Shown: positions 1 through 11,089 of the stretch, piece by piece
Layout: the number at the start of each line of letters is the position of its first letter
How positions within the stretch are numbered: the first letter of the stretch is position 1
Assembly (NCBI GenBank): GCA_016748015.1
Contig: JAAOMT010000176.1
Span: 1 to 64,000 of the forward strand
Direction: 5' to 3'
DNA length: 64,000 nucleotides
From: Geosiphon pyriformis uo1
Taxonomy: Eukaryota; Fungi; Glomeromycota
Program-made: the position numbers and the translations under genes
Notes under the pieces: model-generated
The model's database searches: none
The model's input: the letters and a program-made list of their open reading frames with translations, nothing else
What the model was told of the DNA's origin: nothing

Positions 1-420
1 GCCAGTAACCACTATCTAAGTCTAACATTGAGAACCATTTGTTTCTGCCAAAAGCATCAAATAATTCCTGTATCTGTGGAGTTGGATAGCTGTCTCTACA
101 AGTTACACCATTGAGTTTTCTGTAGTTCACACAAAATCAGATCTTTCCATTCTTCTTATGGACGAGTACCACTGGTAATAACCATAGGCTTATTAATGGC
201 TAAATTAGCCCATTGTCAAGCATTCAGTTTATTTCTTGACGAATAATTTCGTGGCTGACTGGTGGCACTCTGTATGCTCTTTGTTTAATTGGCATTACAT
301 CTCCAGTCTTGATCTAATGCTGGATGATGTCAGTTTGGCCAAACTTATTTTCGCTGGCAAAGATGTCATTGAACTGGTTAAGCAACATCTTGAGTTGTAT
401 ACATTAAAGTGGATCTAAGT
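1..420 (-). pseudogene. Gypsy reverse transcriptase N-terminal part (partial)
   Basis: PVVLVHKKNGKI*FCVNYRKLN and DAFGRNKWFSMLDLDSGYW are Gypsy RT motifs. Confidence 0.9.
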
Positions 421-488
421 TTCCCATGTTTATTTGTTTTAATTGTTTTGGTTGGAGCAAAAATACATTCACTTCGTTCATATATTGT

Positions 489-1649
489 TTATGATGTGAT
501 ATTGACATATTCACAAAGTTGTGGAAAGTCTGGAATGGGGTTTGGTGGTTGATCCTTCATTTTAGTGTTTAAGTATCCAATAATAGTTCCGGCTGGTATT
601 TCTATGACATTTTCTGTATTGTTGTAGATGGGAATTTTGATGTGGCTGTAATTTTTGGCTGGTATGTGGAGATTGATGAGTCCAACTTCTCCTAATTCAC
701 AAAAACTGGCTTCTGCTTCAAAAATTTGTGCTTGGTCTTTTTCCTTCCTTTCTATTGCTAGCATGTATTGGTTGTATGGGAAAATGGAAATAGCTTGACT
801 GGTTGAGATAATTTCTCCTTGGCCAACAATTTCTTCTTCTGCCATATTAACTGGTACATTTATTCTACCCGTTGATCCGAATCTTTGTATTCCTCTCGCT
901 GTTATTCTTAATTCCTCCCTCTTTCTCACTGATATTAACTGAGCTACTTTAACCAGAGGCAAGAATATTGCCTGTGCTATCTTTTTATTGAGCCCTATTA
1001 TATAGGCCTTTTCTGAGTCATTTTGTAGCATAGTGATGATATTTCCTATATATCCCGTGTCAATTATTCCTCCTCTTATATTAATCCCTCTTTTCACTAA
1101 ACTACTTCTAGATGCTAATTGAACTATTGTTGTTGCCAGAATTTCTAGTGCTACTTTCAGATCAATGCAGGTGTGTAAATGTGGTTCCAATTTGATGGCT
1201 TTTTTTTCTGAATACCTTAGATCAAACTCTGCATCAGTATCATGCACACGTTTTGGCATAATACCTTCCCTATTGTCACTATACCATTTCAACTCTTGTT
1301 CCTTGGAGAGATCTGGTAGTGCAATGTATTGTTTATAGTTTAAATCGGAGTTTGAACCTAAGTTTGAATCATCTTTGTTGTTATTGCCATTTTGAACAGA
1401 GCTGGAATCAGTGTTTTTGTCGTTGTCATTGGAGTCTGGATTACGATTGATCAATGATTCTGATTCCGATGCACAGCTACTGATTGGTTCTTCTTTTTCA
1501 AGGACCATGTAGATCATGCATAGTGGTGGATTGTAAATGAGGTCACAATTGTCACAATATTCAAAGTCACTGAGAATTAAACAATGGTAACACAGTCTTG
1601 TATTTAACTGTGCTAGCCATTGTTCTTGTTCTTCTTTAGTGAGTGCCAA
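489..1649 (-). pseudogene. pol segment: Cys-cluster, trimeric dUTPase domain and beta-rich linker
   Basis: dUTPase motifs DAEFDL (AGxDL), QLASRSSL, GGIIDTGYIGNI, KIAQAI and RGIQRFGSTG. Confidence 0.88.
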
Positions 1650-2499
1650 GTTTTAGTAGTGTTCATGAAACTCTTCTGGTTCTAGAAAATTTATGACTGG
1701 TTTTGCGTCCCAGTTAAGCTTGATGGGTTCTGGTGGGTTGTTTTTAATTGTCCTAATTTCTTCTGGTGATGCGCCTTCAATTTTGGCGATTGCCATCTGC
1801 CATAATTCATTGTTATTGTGTGGACAACTGTCCAATTGCTGTACAGCTCTTTTCCAGGTGGCTTCGATGGGTGTTCCTTTCTTGACCCAGTCACTAATGA
1901 GAATCATGTATTGGCAGAACATGTCACATGTTCCTCCTCTCCCCGGAATGTTGTTCTACATTCCTTCGTCGAGAAAAATTTCTCTACAGACTATACATGG
2001 TGTATTATCCCATTTTTCCACTCATTTTGGTTTTCCAAAACGTTTAACATAGCATGCGCAGCAATAGAACTTGGTTGCCATCTGATATTCTTTATCGTTG
2101 CCACAGTATGCATCCATTGACAACAATTTCTTGCCACAATCAACATATATCAGTTTGGGTCGGTGATAGGTTGATGATTGTTGTTAACTGTAGATGTATG
2201 GGATATAAGTGTTGTTGGCTTGAGTGTTTTCTTCCTCCCTTTTTTTCTCTTTGCTCTTTTCTTTTTTCCATTCTCAACTCAATGGTTCTTCCTGTTTGTT
2301 GTTGGTCCAGGTCAAATTGTCTGTTTCCCAGGTCAGTTCCTCTTTTTGTTTTCCCTTAAAGTTGTCATTCTACGAGAGTATTGGTGGTAGTTTGTTGTGG
2401 TCAGCATCGGCCCAGGAAACTTGGTAAGCTTTCCAGGTAGGTTTCTCTTTCTCCTCCTCCAGTTCGATCAATAGTTTCTCTCTTGGAAGAGTCTTGAAA

Positions 2500-5250
2500 T
2501 GGCCACATGTGGCCAGTACATATATGTGTTAGTCCTGATATGTTAGCTGGAGTTCCTAGGTGTTCTAGTCTAATGTCACATTGACTTTGGATAGCCAGTC
2601 ATTACTAACGAGAGCTTGGTATTGAGTGGCTTCCATTACTAGAACTTTAATGGGAGTCATGATGCCATTGACTTCAAAAGGGAAGTCATTGATTTTGCCG
2701 ATTGGAGTTTTGGTCACTCCATTGGCTGTGATGATTCTGGTGCTGGCAGCTTAATCAACTTGGTGACCTAATTGATCTATGAGTTGTCATGTGATGATGC
2801 TGCTTGTTGAACCACTATCAAGGATCAATTTGATGGATTGTCCTTTGGCTTTGGCATCAGTGTACATTGTGGTGATTGGTTTGGCTTCAAGAGCGGCTCC
2901 ACTAAATAATAGTGTTGCAGTTGTTTCTTTGAATTCGAATGGAAATATAGCAGCCAAAAACTCATCTTCAGTGATAGTAGCAGGTGGGATATTACTGGTG
3001 AGTGGTTGTTTTTGGGTGAATGCCAGGTTATTGGTTGAGGCATCTTCTGGAGTGACCAGAAGACTTAAATAGTTCTGGGAATTCGGGTTCTGGGGTTGAC
3101 CGGCACCCAAATTCTGCTGGCATAATCCAGATGGTTGCTGTGAAGAACTGGGAATCAGTTAATGAACTACCATCGCCAATCTCCAGCCCTGTTGAGTCAT
3201 TCTCAGTCTTTGGATTCCATTGGGTGGTAAGCTTTGGGGTGGTGTTTGGATTTGTTGGGGCTGATAGATTATTTGTGGCTGCAGTTGTTGATAAATTACT
3301 TGTGGCTGCAGTTGATAGATTGGAGCTTGATACACTAGAGATTGATAGACTGATGACTGTGTTACTGGTAGGTAAACAGGTTGGTTTTGATTTGGGTACT
3401 GATTCAGAGTTTGGAACTGGCAATCGGGGTTTCAATATTGATTTTCCAATTATTGGTTATTTAAACGCTGGTAACAGTCAATTTGGATATGTCCTTGTTT
3501 ACCACAATAATGGCAGATATGCATTTCCTGTTGTCACTGTTGATTGGTCGATGAAAATAGATGTGGTTGATTTTGGGCATGATTAGAGTTTCCTTGATTA
3601 TTGCATCGTTGTGGAGGCTGATAAATGGTGTAATTGTCAGCTAAGTATCCTTTCAGTCTCTTATTAATTGATTCACTAAGCTTCTCCAATTTGAAATCCA
3701 ATTCAGATAATCTGTTCATTACTAGATTAACAGCTTAGACGTGGTTAGCCTTTGATTCAGCAGATTCAAAATCTCTGGCGTATGTGATTGTGTCTTGAAA
3801 GGTAACAGACATATATGTTGCAAGATGCTGCTATGCAGGCCACAGATAAACTGGTTGAGTATCTGTGGGGCTGTGAAATAGTTGGCGTCAATTGCTTGAA
3901 TTTGGTGCAGGTTTCGATGGAAGTGTCTCAGGTAAGTGGTGACCACTTCAGTTTCTCTTTGTTTCATGGTGGTGAATGTATTGATTAGGTGATTGATGCT
4001 GTTATTGTTGCTGAAGTATCTTAGGAATTCTGCTTTGAAGACATTGAAATCTTGTGGTTTATTAACCAAGCTCTGATACCATGAATTGGTGGTATTTTTG
4101 AGAAAGTAGGGAATGGCTTGTATTGCTCAGATGTTATTCCATCCATTGGCTGTGATGGCCTTTTCTACATCATTCAGCCATACTTAAGCATTATCCTCTT
4201 CGCCAGTAAAGTTGTCAAGTTTTGTGATTGGTGCATAGGCCATTGGATCTAAGTTAGGTGATTGTGGTGGCTGTTGAAGCAGTTGTTGTTGTACTAGTTG
4301 TTGAGGTGGTAGTTAAAGTGGCTGTTATATGGATTTGGCTATGGGATTAATCGGCGGTTGATTGATAACAATTACTGGAGGTAAGTTTTGCTGATTAATT
4401 AATTTGGAGTTTGAATTGTTCTGCTTTTGATGATTCGGAGTTTTGATTTCTGAATTTTCTAGATTTAGATTTTGCTGAGTTTGAAAATTCAGGGTTTCAA
4501 CTTCCGGGTTTTCAGTGATCAGGTGCTGGTAAGTGAATTCTTGATTCTCTGATTTTTTTTCCTCTTTTTCTGATTCTGCTGCTTTCCACAGATCAGAGAT
4601 TCTGAAATCTGGTGAAGATGATGGTGATCGAAGTCCTGATGAAGTTGATAATCATGAATTAAATCCCTCAAAGTATTCGCCATATGGTTCTAATAATTCT
4701 GTTTTTTTTTGTCTACTTTGAAATAAGAATCGTCTAAATGCTGATGTCGCAATTGATGAGAATGCATCTGTTGATAATATGTTGATGGCACTTCCAGGTG
4801 TATAATGGTAGGATGGGTTGCTTGGGGATTCAATTCTGTTTTTCTTCCAAGTAGGTGGCTGTATTTTTCTGGGTGTTACTGCTGGTATTTGTAGTTTTTC
4901 CTTGCCTTTACTAGTGTATGTAATTGGATATCTTTGTTGAGTGTGATGTTTAATTTCTTTGTTGATCTCAGTGATGATGGATGCAAAATTATGATTTGTT
5001 GGCAGGTTGGTGTTTTGAATTAACTCCCTATAGAAAGTTTTTCTTGCTAATTCAGTATTCACTGGTGTTTTTAATAAAGAAGAAATCTTTTCGTTGATGT
5101 AAAAATTAAAGGCTGATTCAGTGGATATATGATTGTGGTTTAATCCCAAATATTAACAATAATGTTGAAATAAGGATTTTGTGAATCTTAAATGGTTTGC
5201 TCCTATATTTTCTGATTCTGCCACTTTTGAATGGTGTTTGTTGGTGCTGG
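2500..5250 (-). pseudogene. Gypsy gag (long N-extension, capsid-like domain, CCHC knuckle) and aspartic protease
   Basis: APITKLDNFTGEED, FKAEFLRYF, QILNQFICGL, CCHC knuckle and LILDSGS protease motif, interrupted by stops. Confidence 0.85.
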
Positions 5251-5267
5251 TTCTCTGTAGGATTATA

Positions 5268-5284
5268 CCTCACAGGAAGCACCA
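5268..5284 (-). promoter_or_regulatory. Primer binding site of copy 1 (TGGTGCTTCCTGTGAGG)
   Basis: TGG-starting motif 2 nt from the LTR edge at 5287; same geometry as the PBS at 18144-18154. Confidence 0.75.
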
Positions 5285-5286
5285 AA

Positions 5287-6166
5287 TATTACAGGTGATT
5301 ATTTCTGTTGTCGAATTAAATAACAAACCCATAACTTGGTGCTCAAAAGCTATTTCTGTGGATGAGGTTTTGCAAATATTGTATCTAAAGGTTTTGATAG
5401 AGTCCTTTGTATAATAGACAGAGATTCAATAGTGTTGATAGTAGATGTATCTTTCCAAGAGTTTTCCCAATTTCTTTCTCAGCATGGTGGCCAGATTTAG
5501 TCTGACAGTTATGCCTTTCTAGTAAGCTATCCAATAATATATAAAATCCTACCCTTATTTTTGGGTCTTTTACCAGACTATCCTTGACATCAATAACTCA
5601 GTGCTTAATTTTTTAATCAATTAGTATACAACAACAAAATCAAAAAAGAAAAAAAATAAAATAAAGAAAATAAAAATAAAGAAAATAGAGAAAATAAGCC
5701 AAGGCAATTTGGTACGTTAGTATCTTGTCAATAGCCATAATCAAGAGCTATTGTTCTAGCATGGTTAAGTATCAATTACTACCAACATAAAGTGTTGATA
5801 GTAGAGAGTGGGTTGAGATATGGAATAATTATTTATTTGATAATTGGGAACTGGAATGTTTCTTAGATTAAATCTAAACTGGAGGGTCTGTTTTTTCAGC
5901 TTCTAATCCTGCTGCTATATATACATAATTGAGATTCTTCAATTCCTCAATTCTTTACAACAGGAATCCTGGAATTCCTGGAATCCTGCAATTTCTTTGA
6001 GAAGAATCCTGGAATTTTGGAATCCTGCGATTTCTCGTCAAGGAATCCTGAAATTCCTGGAATTCTGCAATTCCTAAGAGGAATCTTGGGATTCCATATT
6101 TACTATGCCTACTTCTAATTGGCTACTACTCATGCTAATATATTTTTTATATTTCTATAAGTAATA
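5287..6166 (-). repeat. LTR family A (5' LTR of copy 1)
   Basis: Termini tattac...gtaata (mutated TGTTAC...GTAACA). Homologous to 8511-9200, 45249-46115 and 49513-49950 (shared aataacaaacc(c/t)(a/g)taacttggtgc, ttttaccagacta). TATA-like ctatatatac near 5915. Confidence 0.8.
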
Positions 6167-6187
6167 TCACCCTATTTTTAAATAGTA

Positions 6188-6318
6188 ATTAATAACTTAT
6201 TTATTAACCTGATTATTAACTTAATTATTGACTTAATCAATAATTTGATTATTAATTTGATTATTAACTTGATTAATAACCTAATTATTGATCTGATTAA
6301 TAATTTAATTATTAACCA
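6188..6318. repeat. Degenerate 12-bp tandem repeat (~ttattaacyt(g/a)a, about 11 units)
   Basis: Visible 12-nt periodicity. Confidence 0.6.
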
Positions 6319-6899
6319 CTTTTAATAGCTATATAAATAATAAATTTTTTAGCTGTAGAATAATATAATTAAAGTAACAAAATAAAACTTACTATCAATT
6401 ACTTTTTTTTATATCACTTATTTTCTTTTTTTTATCTTTAAGTATTTGAACATCTTAGAATAAAAGATTATTTGTTGCTATTTACATATTTTATTTTATT
6501 TTTTTCTTGATTTGTATTATTAAAAATTAGTCTAAGCAATTGCTTGTTTTTATGATTTATTAAATAAAAAAATGATTGAAAAGCACAATAATATCTGTTA
6601 TTGATTCAAAAATCACTAAGTTAAGACATAAAATAATAGCAGTAATATTATTTTATTAACAATTATAGACTATTTTTCTACCTTCAAATTCTCAAAAAAA
6701 ATTTACAACTGTAATTTTTATGAAATTAATTACACACATTGAATTCTTACTTATTTAATTTACTCTCTTATTGTAATTTTTTCTTTGATTAATTTTATTA
6801 TTCTACAATTCTGTTCTTTCTTGCTATCTATTAGCTTGTTACTTTAACTTATAACATAAAAATAGTGTTTTCTATAAGATTGTCAAAATCTATTTTGTT

Positions 6900-8500
6900 T
6901 CTTATTATATAAGTGATTATTTATATTTGCCATAACAATTAGAAAAACATTTTGCAGTACACAACAAAAATAGTCTAGATTTTATTAAACTTAATCCTTT
7001 GCTCTTTTGCTTAATCTGCTTTTCTATTAAAGAATAATTCAGTAAACAATTCTAAGATTTTTGGAACTGGTTTTTAAATAAACATTCAGTTAAAATTTAT
7101 ATAGTCTATATAATTTATTTCTTTGATCAAGTTTATCTTAAAAAAACTTAAAAAAAAACAACATTATTAATCAGTTCTTATACTCAATAATTTTTGAACA
7201 ATAGCTTCTTAATTTCGAATATCTGAATTACCAAATTTATATTTGGATTGCCACTTACTATTTAATTGAAATACTTTTTGAAACAAAAGAAAAAAACTAT
7301 TAAACTGCTTTTGTTTTTAATCTTTTTTCAAGTGAATTAAATTATTTCACTTAAACAACTACTTTTAAACCAATAGCTATTAACTTCATATAAACTAATA
7401 TTCTGACTGCTCTCCAAGATATACATACTGCTTTAAGACAAAAAAACAACACCCCATTATTATTATTCAGAGACAATACACAAAATTTAATTAAATAATT
7501 AAACAATTTTAAAAAAGCAGCTACTATTAATTAGTATAATACAGAATACAAGTTTCAAATTATTGGTGACTATTTTTAAAACTCTTTTGCTATCTGGTTT
7601 TTACAAAAAACCAATGTTAATATCCAACAAATAATTATCAAATAGATATCAACAAATATTAAAGAAGAAAATATTTTTTTTACTATTTAGTTTGAAAACA
7701 AATTCAGAGCTTTTATCTTAATCTCTAAATGGTATATGAAATTAAAAAAAAGAACTTAAGATTTAGATAAAATTGTAATTAAATATGTTAAAGCAATTAA
7801 AAAGCTCATTAAACAAATAGATTTTGAAAAAAACTAGACAAAAAAACAAAAAATTTATTTTTTTATAAAAGAATTAAGAACTAATTTATCTTATGCTTTT
7901 TGGTCTCTCTTGGCTTTAAAAAATAATCTAACCATATATATAGCCATTAAACTTGCACAAAAAATTGAAAATAACCAAATAATGTATTTAAAAACTACAT
8001 TTTTAATTTTTGCTTCTGTTTTTATTATGGTTTTTGTATCTTAAATAGCTGCTATCTCTTTTACTGCTTAAATTTAAGATCTTAATAAACAATTAATAAA
8101 TAAACTTACAGCCAATTTTGTCTAATTATTAAAACCCTTAGTCTAAACAATTAGAGAAACTCAACAACCTTAAAGACTTAGATTTGAATTCTATTTTAAT
8201 TAGTCTCAGCAATCTTCTTATCAAAAACAACAAAATTATGGCTTATTTGTGTATTATTGTGGATTAATTGGACATTTTTCTAAAAATTACAACAATTTTT
8301 TTTTGCTTTTTCCAGTTTCTAAAAACAATAATAATCAGAATAATAGATTTAACAATAATAATAGTCCTAATCAAAGACTTAATTATGCCAATATCAATTT
8401 CTTTGAAAAGAATCTTTTAGTTAAAATCATTATTTATTAGTCTTTAAACTAGTAAGCACATTTTCAAAAAGTAAAAATACAAGCTAACCAGAAAAAAATC
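6900..8500 (+). pseudogene. Highly decayed Gypsy gag of a third element
   Basis: FRDNTQNLIK*LNNFKKAA (~7467, relic of FxGDxQDPxEWLxxFExAA) and decayed knuckle YYCGLIGHFSKNY (ORF 8249-8440). Confidence 0.65.
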
Positions 8501-8510
8501 TCTTTTATAC

Positions 8511-9200
8511 TATTATAAATGATTATTTGGAGTGTTAAAATAAATAACAAATCCATAACTTGGTGCTCAATAGCTGTTGATAATAATAATTTTTGAAAGT
8601 TTTATAATCTAAAGATTTTGATTAAGTCTTTTGTATAATGAACAGAAATTCAATTAATGATTTTTTCTGTGAATTTTTTTTTTAACATAATGGCCAGTTT
8701 ATTTTGGCAGTTGTGCTCTTTTGATAAGCTATTCTTAAGTTTTTTATTTTTGTTTTATAAGTTTTTTACCAGACTATTTTTGATATTAATTATTTAATAT
8801 TTAATTTCTTAATCAATTAGTAAACAACAAAGAAACAAAATAAAATAAAAATAAAAGAAAATAAGAAAAAAAATAAAAAATTAATATCTTGTCAATAACC
8901 ATAATCAAAAGCTATTGGTTTAGTGTGATTAAGAATTAAATTCTATTAACATAAATTGTTAATAATACAAAAGTAATTAATATTTCTTAATTAAGTAATA
9001 ATAACATGAATTGAATAGGAATAAATATTTTTAATAATATGAATATAATTTTATATCAAGTTATAAAAAATTATTTTTTAAAAGAAAAAGTAATTAATAA
9101 TTACTTATTGCTAACTACTGTTCTGTTTTTTTTGTTTTTAATACTTTTACTATATATACATAATTCATATTATATAAAATTCTACACATTTTTATTTTTT
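8511..9200 (-). repeat. Truncated LTR family A copy
   Basis: Colinear with 45249-45920 and 5287-5930. Confidence 0.75.
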
Positions 9201-9263
9201 TTCTATGCTACTTCTTAAAAATATGTTTATTTCTAAAAATATGCCATGATTTTTTGAAAATGT

Positions 9264-10233
9264 TGTTATCAGAGGTTTTTGGTCTCTTTTTTTGAATGTT
9301 GTTAATGTTGATTTGCTGTGAATTCACGTTCTCAGGAAGCAGTTAGACCTCCAGTAACTGAATTTATTTTCAAATTATTTCTTATAATTTGAACTGCTGA
9401 ACTTATAAGTAGAATGGCCAATTTTATGCCAGTTACTTTGTGTAGTTACGTTGTAGTACATCAACTCTTTCCCAGGAATTGCTTGTCTGGAAGCTTACTA
9501 AAAATGTGTAGTTATTTTGCTGTGAAAGTCAACTCTTCTACAGAAATCTTGTCTGTAAGCTACCCTAATAATTATGATAAGAAAAGAAAAAGAAAATACA
9601 AGAAATATAAAAAAAATAGAATTGTGTCAAGGAAAACGTTTTCTATCCAGATCTGGAGTCACTAACAGTTTATTAAAATTGGTAGCTAATCAATTTCAAA
9701 ATGTTAGTTGTGTTGAGGGAATTTCAAGAATAATAATCAAAAGATTTGGTTTCAAATATTTAATTTTTATTTGAAATATATAGATAGTGATTTGTTTCAA
9801 TTAAGATATCTGAAGTAAGATACTATATTATAATACTATGAGAAAATACATTTTTTTGAAGAAAGAAGCTCTTCTTTTATACAACTTGTTGTAATACTAG
9901 TCTTTGAACTTGCACTTTTCTCTTTGCTACAATTTTGGTGAACTAAAGATACATTTCAGCAAACTACAAGTTATTTTACTGAACTATTGATTATTTCGGC
10001 CAATTTTTATTAATTTTGGCGAATTTTAACTATATTAAATGGTTCAGGGTATTGTGTAATTTGATCATCTTAATTTCTATAGTACAAATCGAATTATTGA
10101 TTGAGTAATAATATTTGATAATTTGATTAAATAATAAGTGATAATCGAAATGATAATGATATATGCTAATTAATAATAGAAATTATGAAGGTAATTTCAT
10201 GCTAATTTAATAGCTAAAATTCTATTGGTAACA
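9264..10233 (-). repeat. 3' LTR (family B) of copy 2
   Basis: Direct repeat of 18157-19131; starts tgttatc, ends ggtaaca. Confidence 0.93.
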
Positions 10234-10246
10234 TAATCTCCTTCTC
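10234..10246 (-). promoter_or_regulatory. Polypurine tract (GAGAAGGAGATTA)
   Basis: Purine run abutting the 3' LTR on the element's sense strand. Confidence 0.75.
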
Positions 10247-10267
10247 ATGACTGAGCTCCATCAAAGT

Positions 10268-10921
10268 CTAAGCACTATCTGTGATGTTAAGATAATGGTC
10301 CAAGATAATTGAAGTAATTTGGTCTGAAAATTGTTGAAATTTCAGTTCTGTGAGCTTTCCAATGTATTGAATTTTCATTGAATAAAGTATTGGATTTTGT
10401 AGGACATTTTCACAAGTGTTAAATAAATCATAAAGTCTAAAAGCTGCTCTAAGTTTGTAGTGAGTGTTTGTTGGTCCAGCTGCTGTCTTGAATTCATTGT
10501 GAATTTTTTTTTGTATAGCTTCAGAAGTGATATTAGTTGCTTCAAGTTCCAGTTTTCGTTCATAAAGTGTTTTTCCAATATGAAAGTATCTATAGATAAG
10601 GATATATTCATTGTTCTGTTCATTAAGGAATAGTAAAAGTTTTTGTTGAATTGTGGCATTTGGTGAAATGTTAATAGGAGCAAATAAAAAGTTTTCTTTT
10701 AGTGTTTGTTTCAAAAGTTCTGGTAATTGATTTCCAAAGTAACTTATTGTTTTTTTTTTATAGAGGTAATAATTCTGAGAATTATTTACTACTGAAGCTG
10801 TGATTTTTTTTTGAACATAATTAATTTGACTTCCATTAATTGTTATAGATAAGTTAGGAAGTGTTTTCAAAGCTAACATTAATTTTTGGGATATTTGTTG
10901 AATATTTTGAGGAATAATCAT
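10268..10921 (-). CDS. Accessory ORF of the Gypsy element between integrase and PPT (217 aa, soluble, unknown function)
   Basis: Open frame in the env position. No signal peptide or TM segment visible. Motif YKLRAAFRLYDLF...IGKLTELKF. Confidence 0.7.
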   Translation of the reverse strand: MIIPQNIQQISQKLMLALKTLPNLSITINGSQINYVQKKITASVVNNSQNYYLYKKKTISYFGNQLPELLKQTLKENFLFAPINISPNATIQQKLLLFLNEQNNEYILIYRYFHIGKTLYERKLELEATNITSEAIQKKIHNEFKTAAGPTNTHYKLRAAFRLYDLFNTCENVLQNPILYSMKIQYIGKLTELKFQQFSDQITSIILDHYLNITDSA

Positions 10922-11089
10922 AATAAAATGACTAATTAATAAATAAAATTTGAAAAAGAATAATAAAAATTATTTTTGGATATAAGATTTTTATTTGTTT
11001 TTGGGTTTGAGTGTTTTTTTGTAATTATTTACTATTTTTGTTTTTATGTTTTGTGTATTTTAAAGGAGTTATTATAAAAATGTTAAATT

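Larger units (their letters stand above)
1..6166 (-). mobile_element. Ty3/Gypsy LTR retrotransposon copy 1 (5' LTR, PBS, gag, protease, Cys-rich insert, dUTPase, start of RT); degenerate, runs off the left edge
   Basis: Minus-strand translation gives gag (ORFs 4652-5149, 3722-4069), CCHC knuckle CHYCGKQGHIQIDC (~3470-3515), protease LILDSGSTSSIIT (2787-3110), dUTPase (489-1649) and RT N-terminus FCVNYRKLN...WFSMLDLDSGYW (1-200). Scattered in-frame stops. Confidence 0.92.

Noticed and set aside
1693-3586. Plus-strand ORFs over element 1 (and similar ones at 15542-16709, 23295-23671, 29178-34327)
   Set aside because: Antisense shadows of real minus-strand coding or low-complexity sequence.
10268-10921. 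Retroviral env gene
   Set aside because: No signal peptide, furin site or transmembrane helix, and it is too short.
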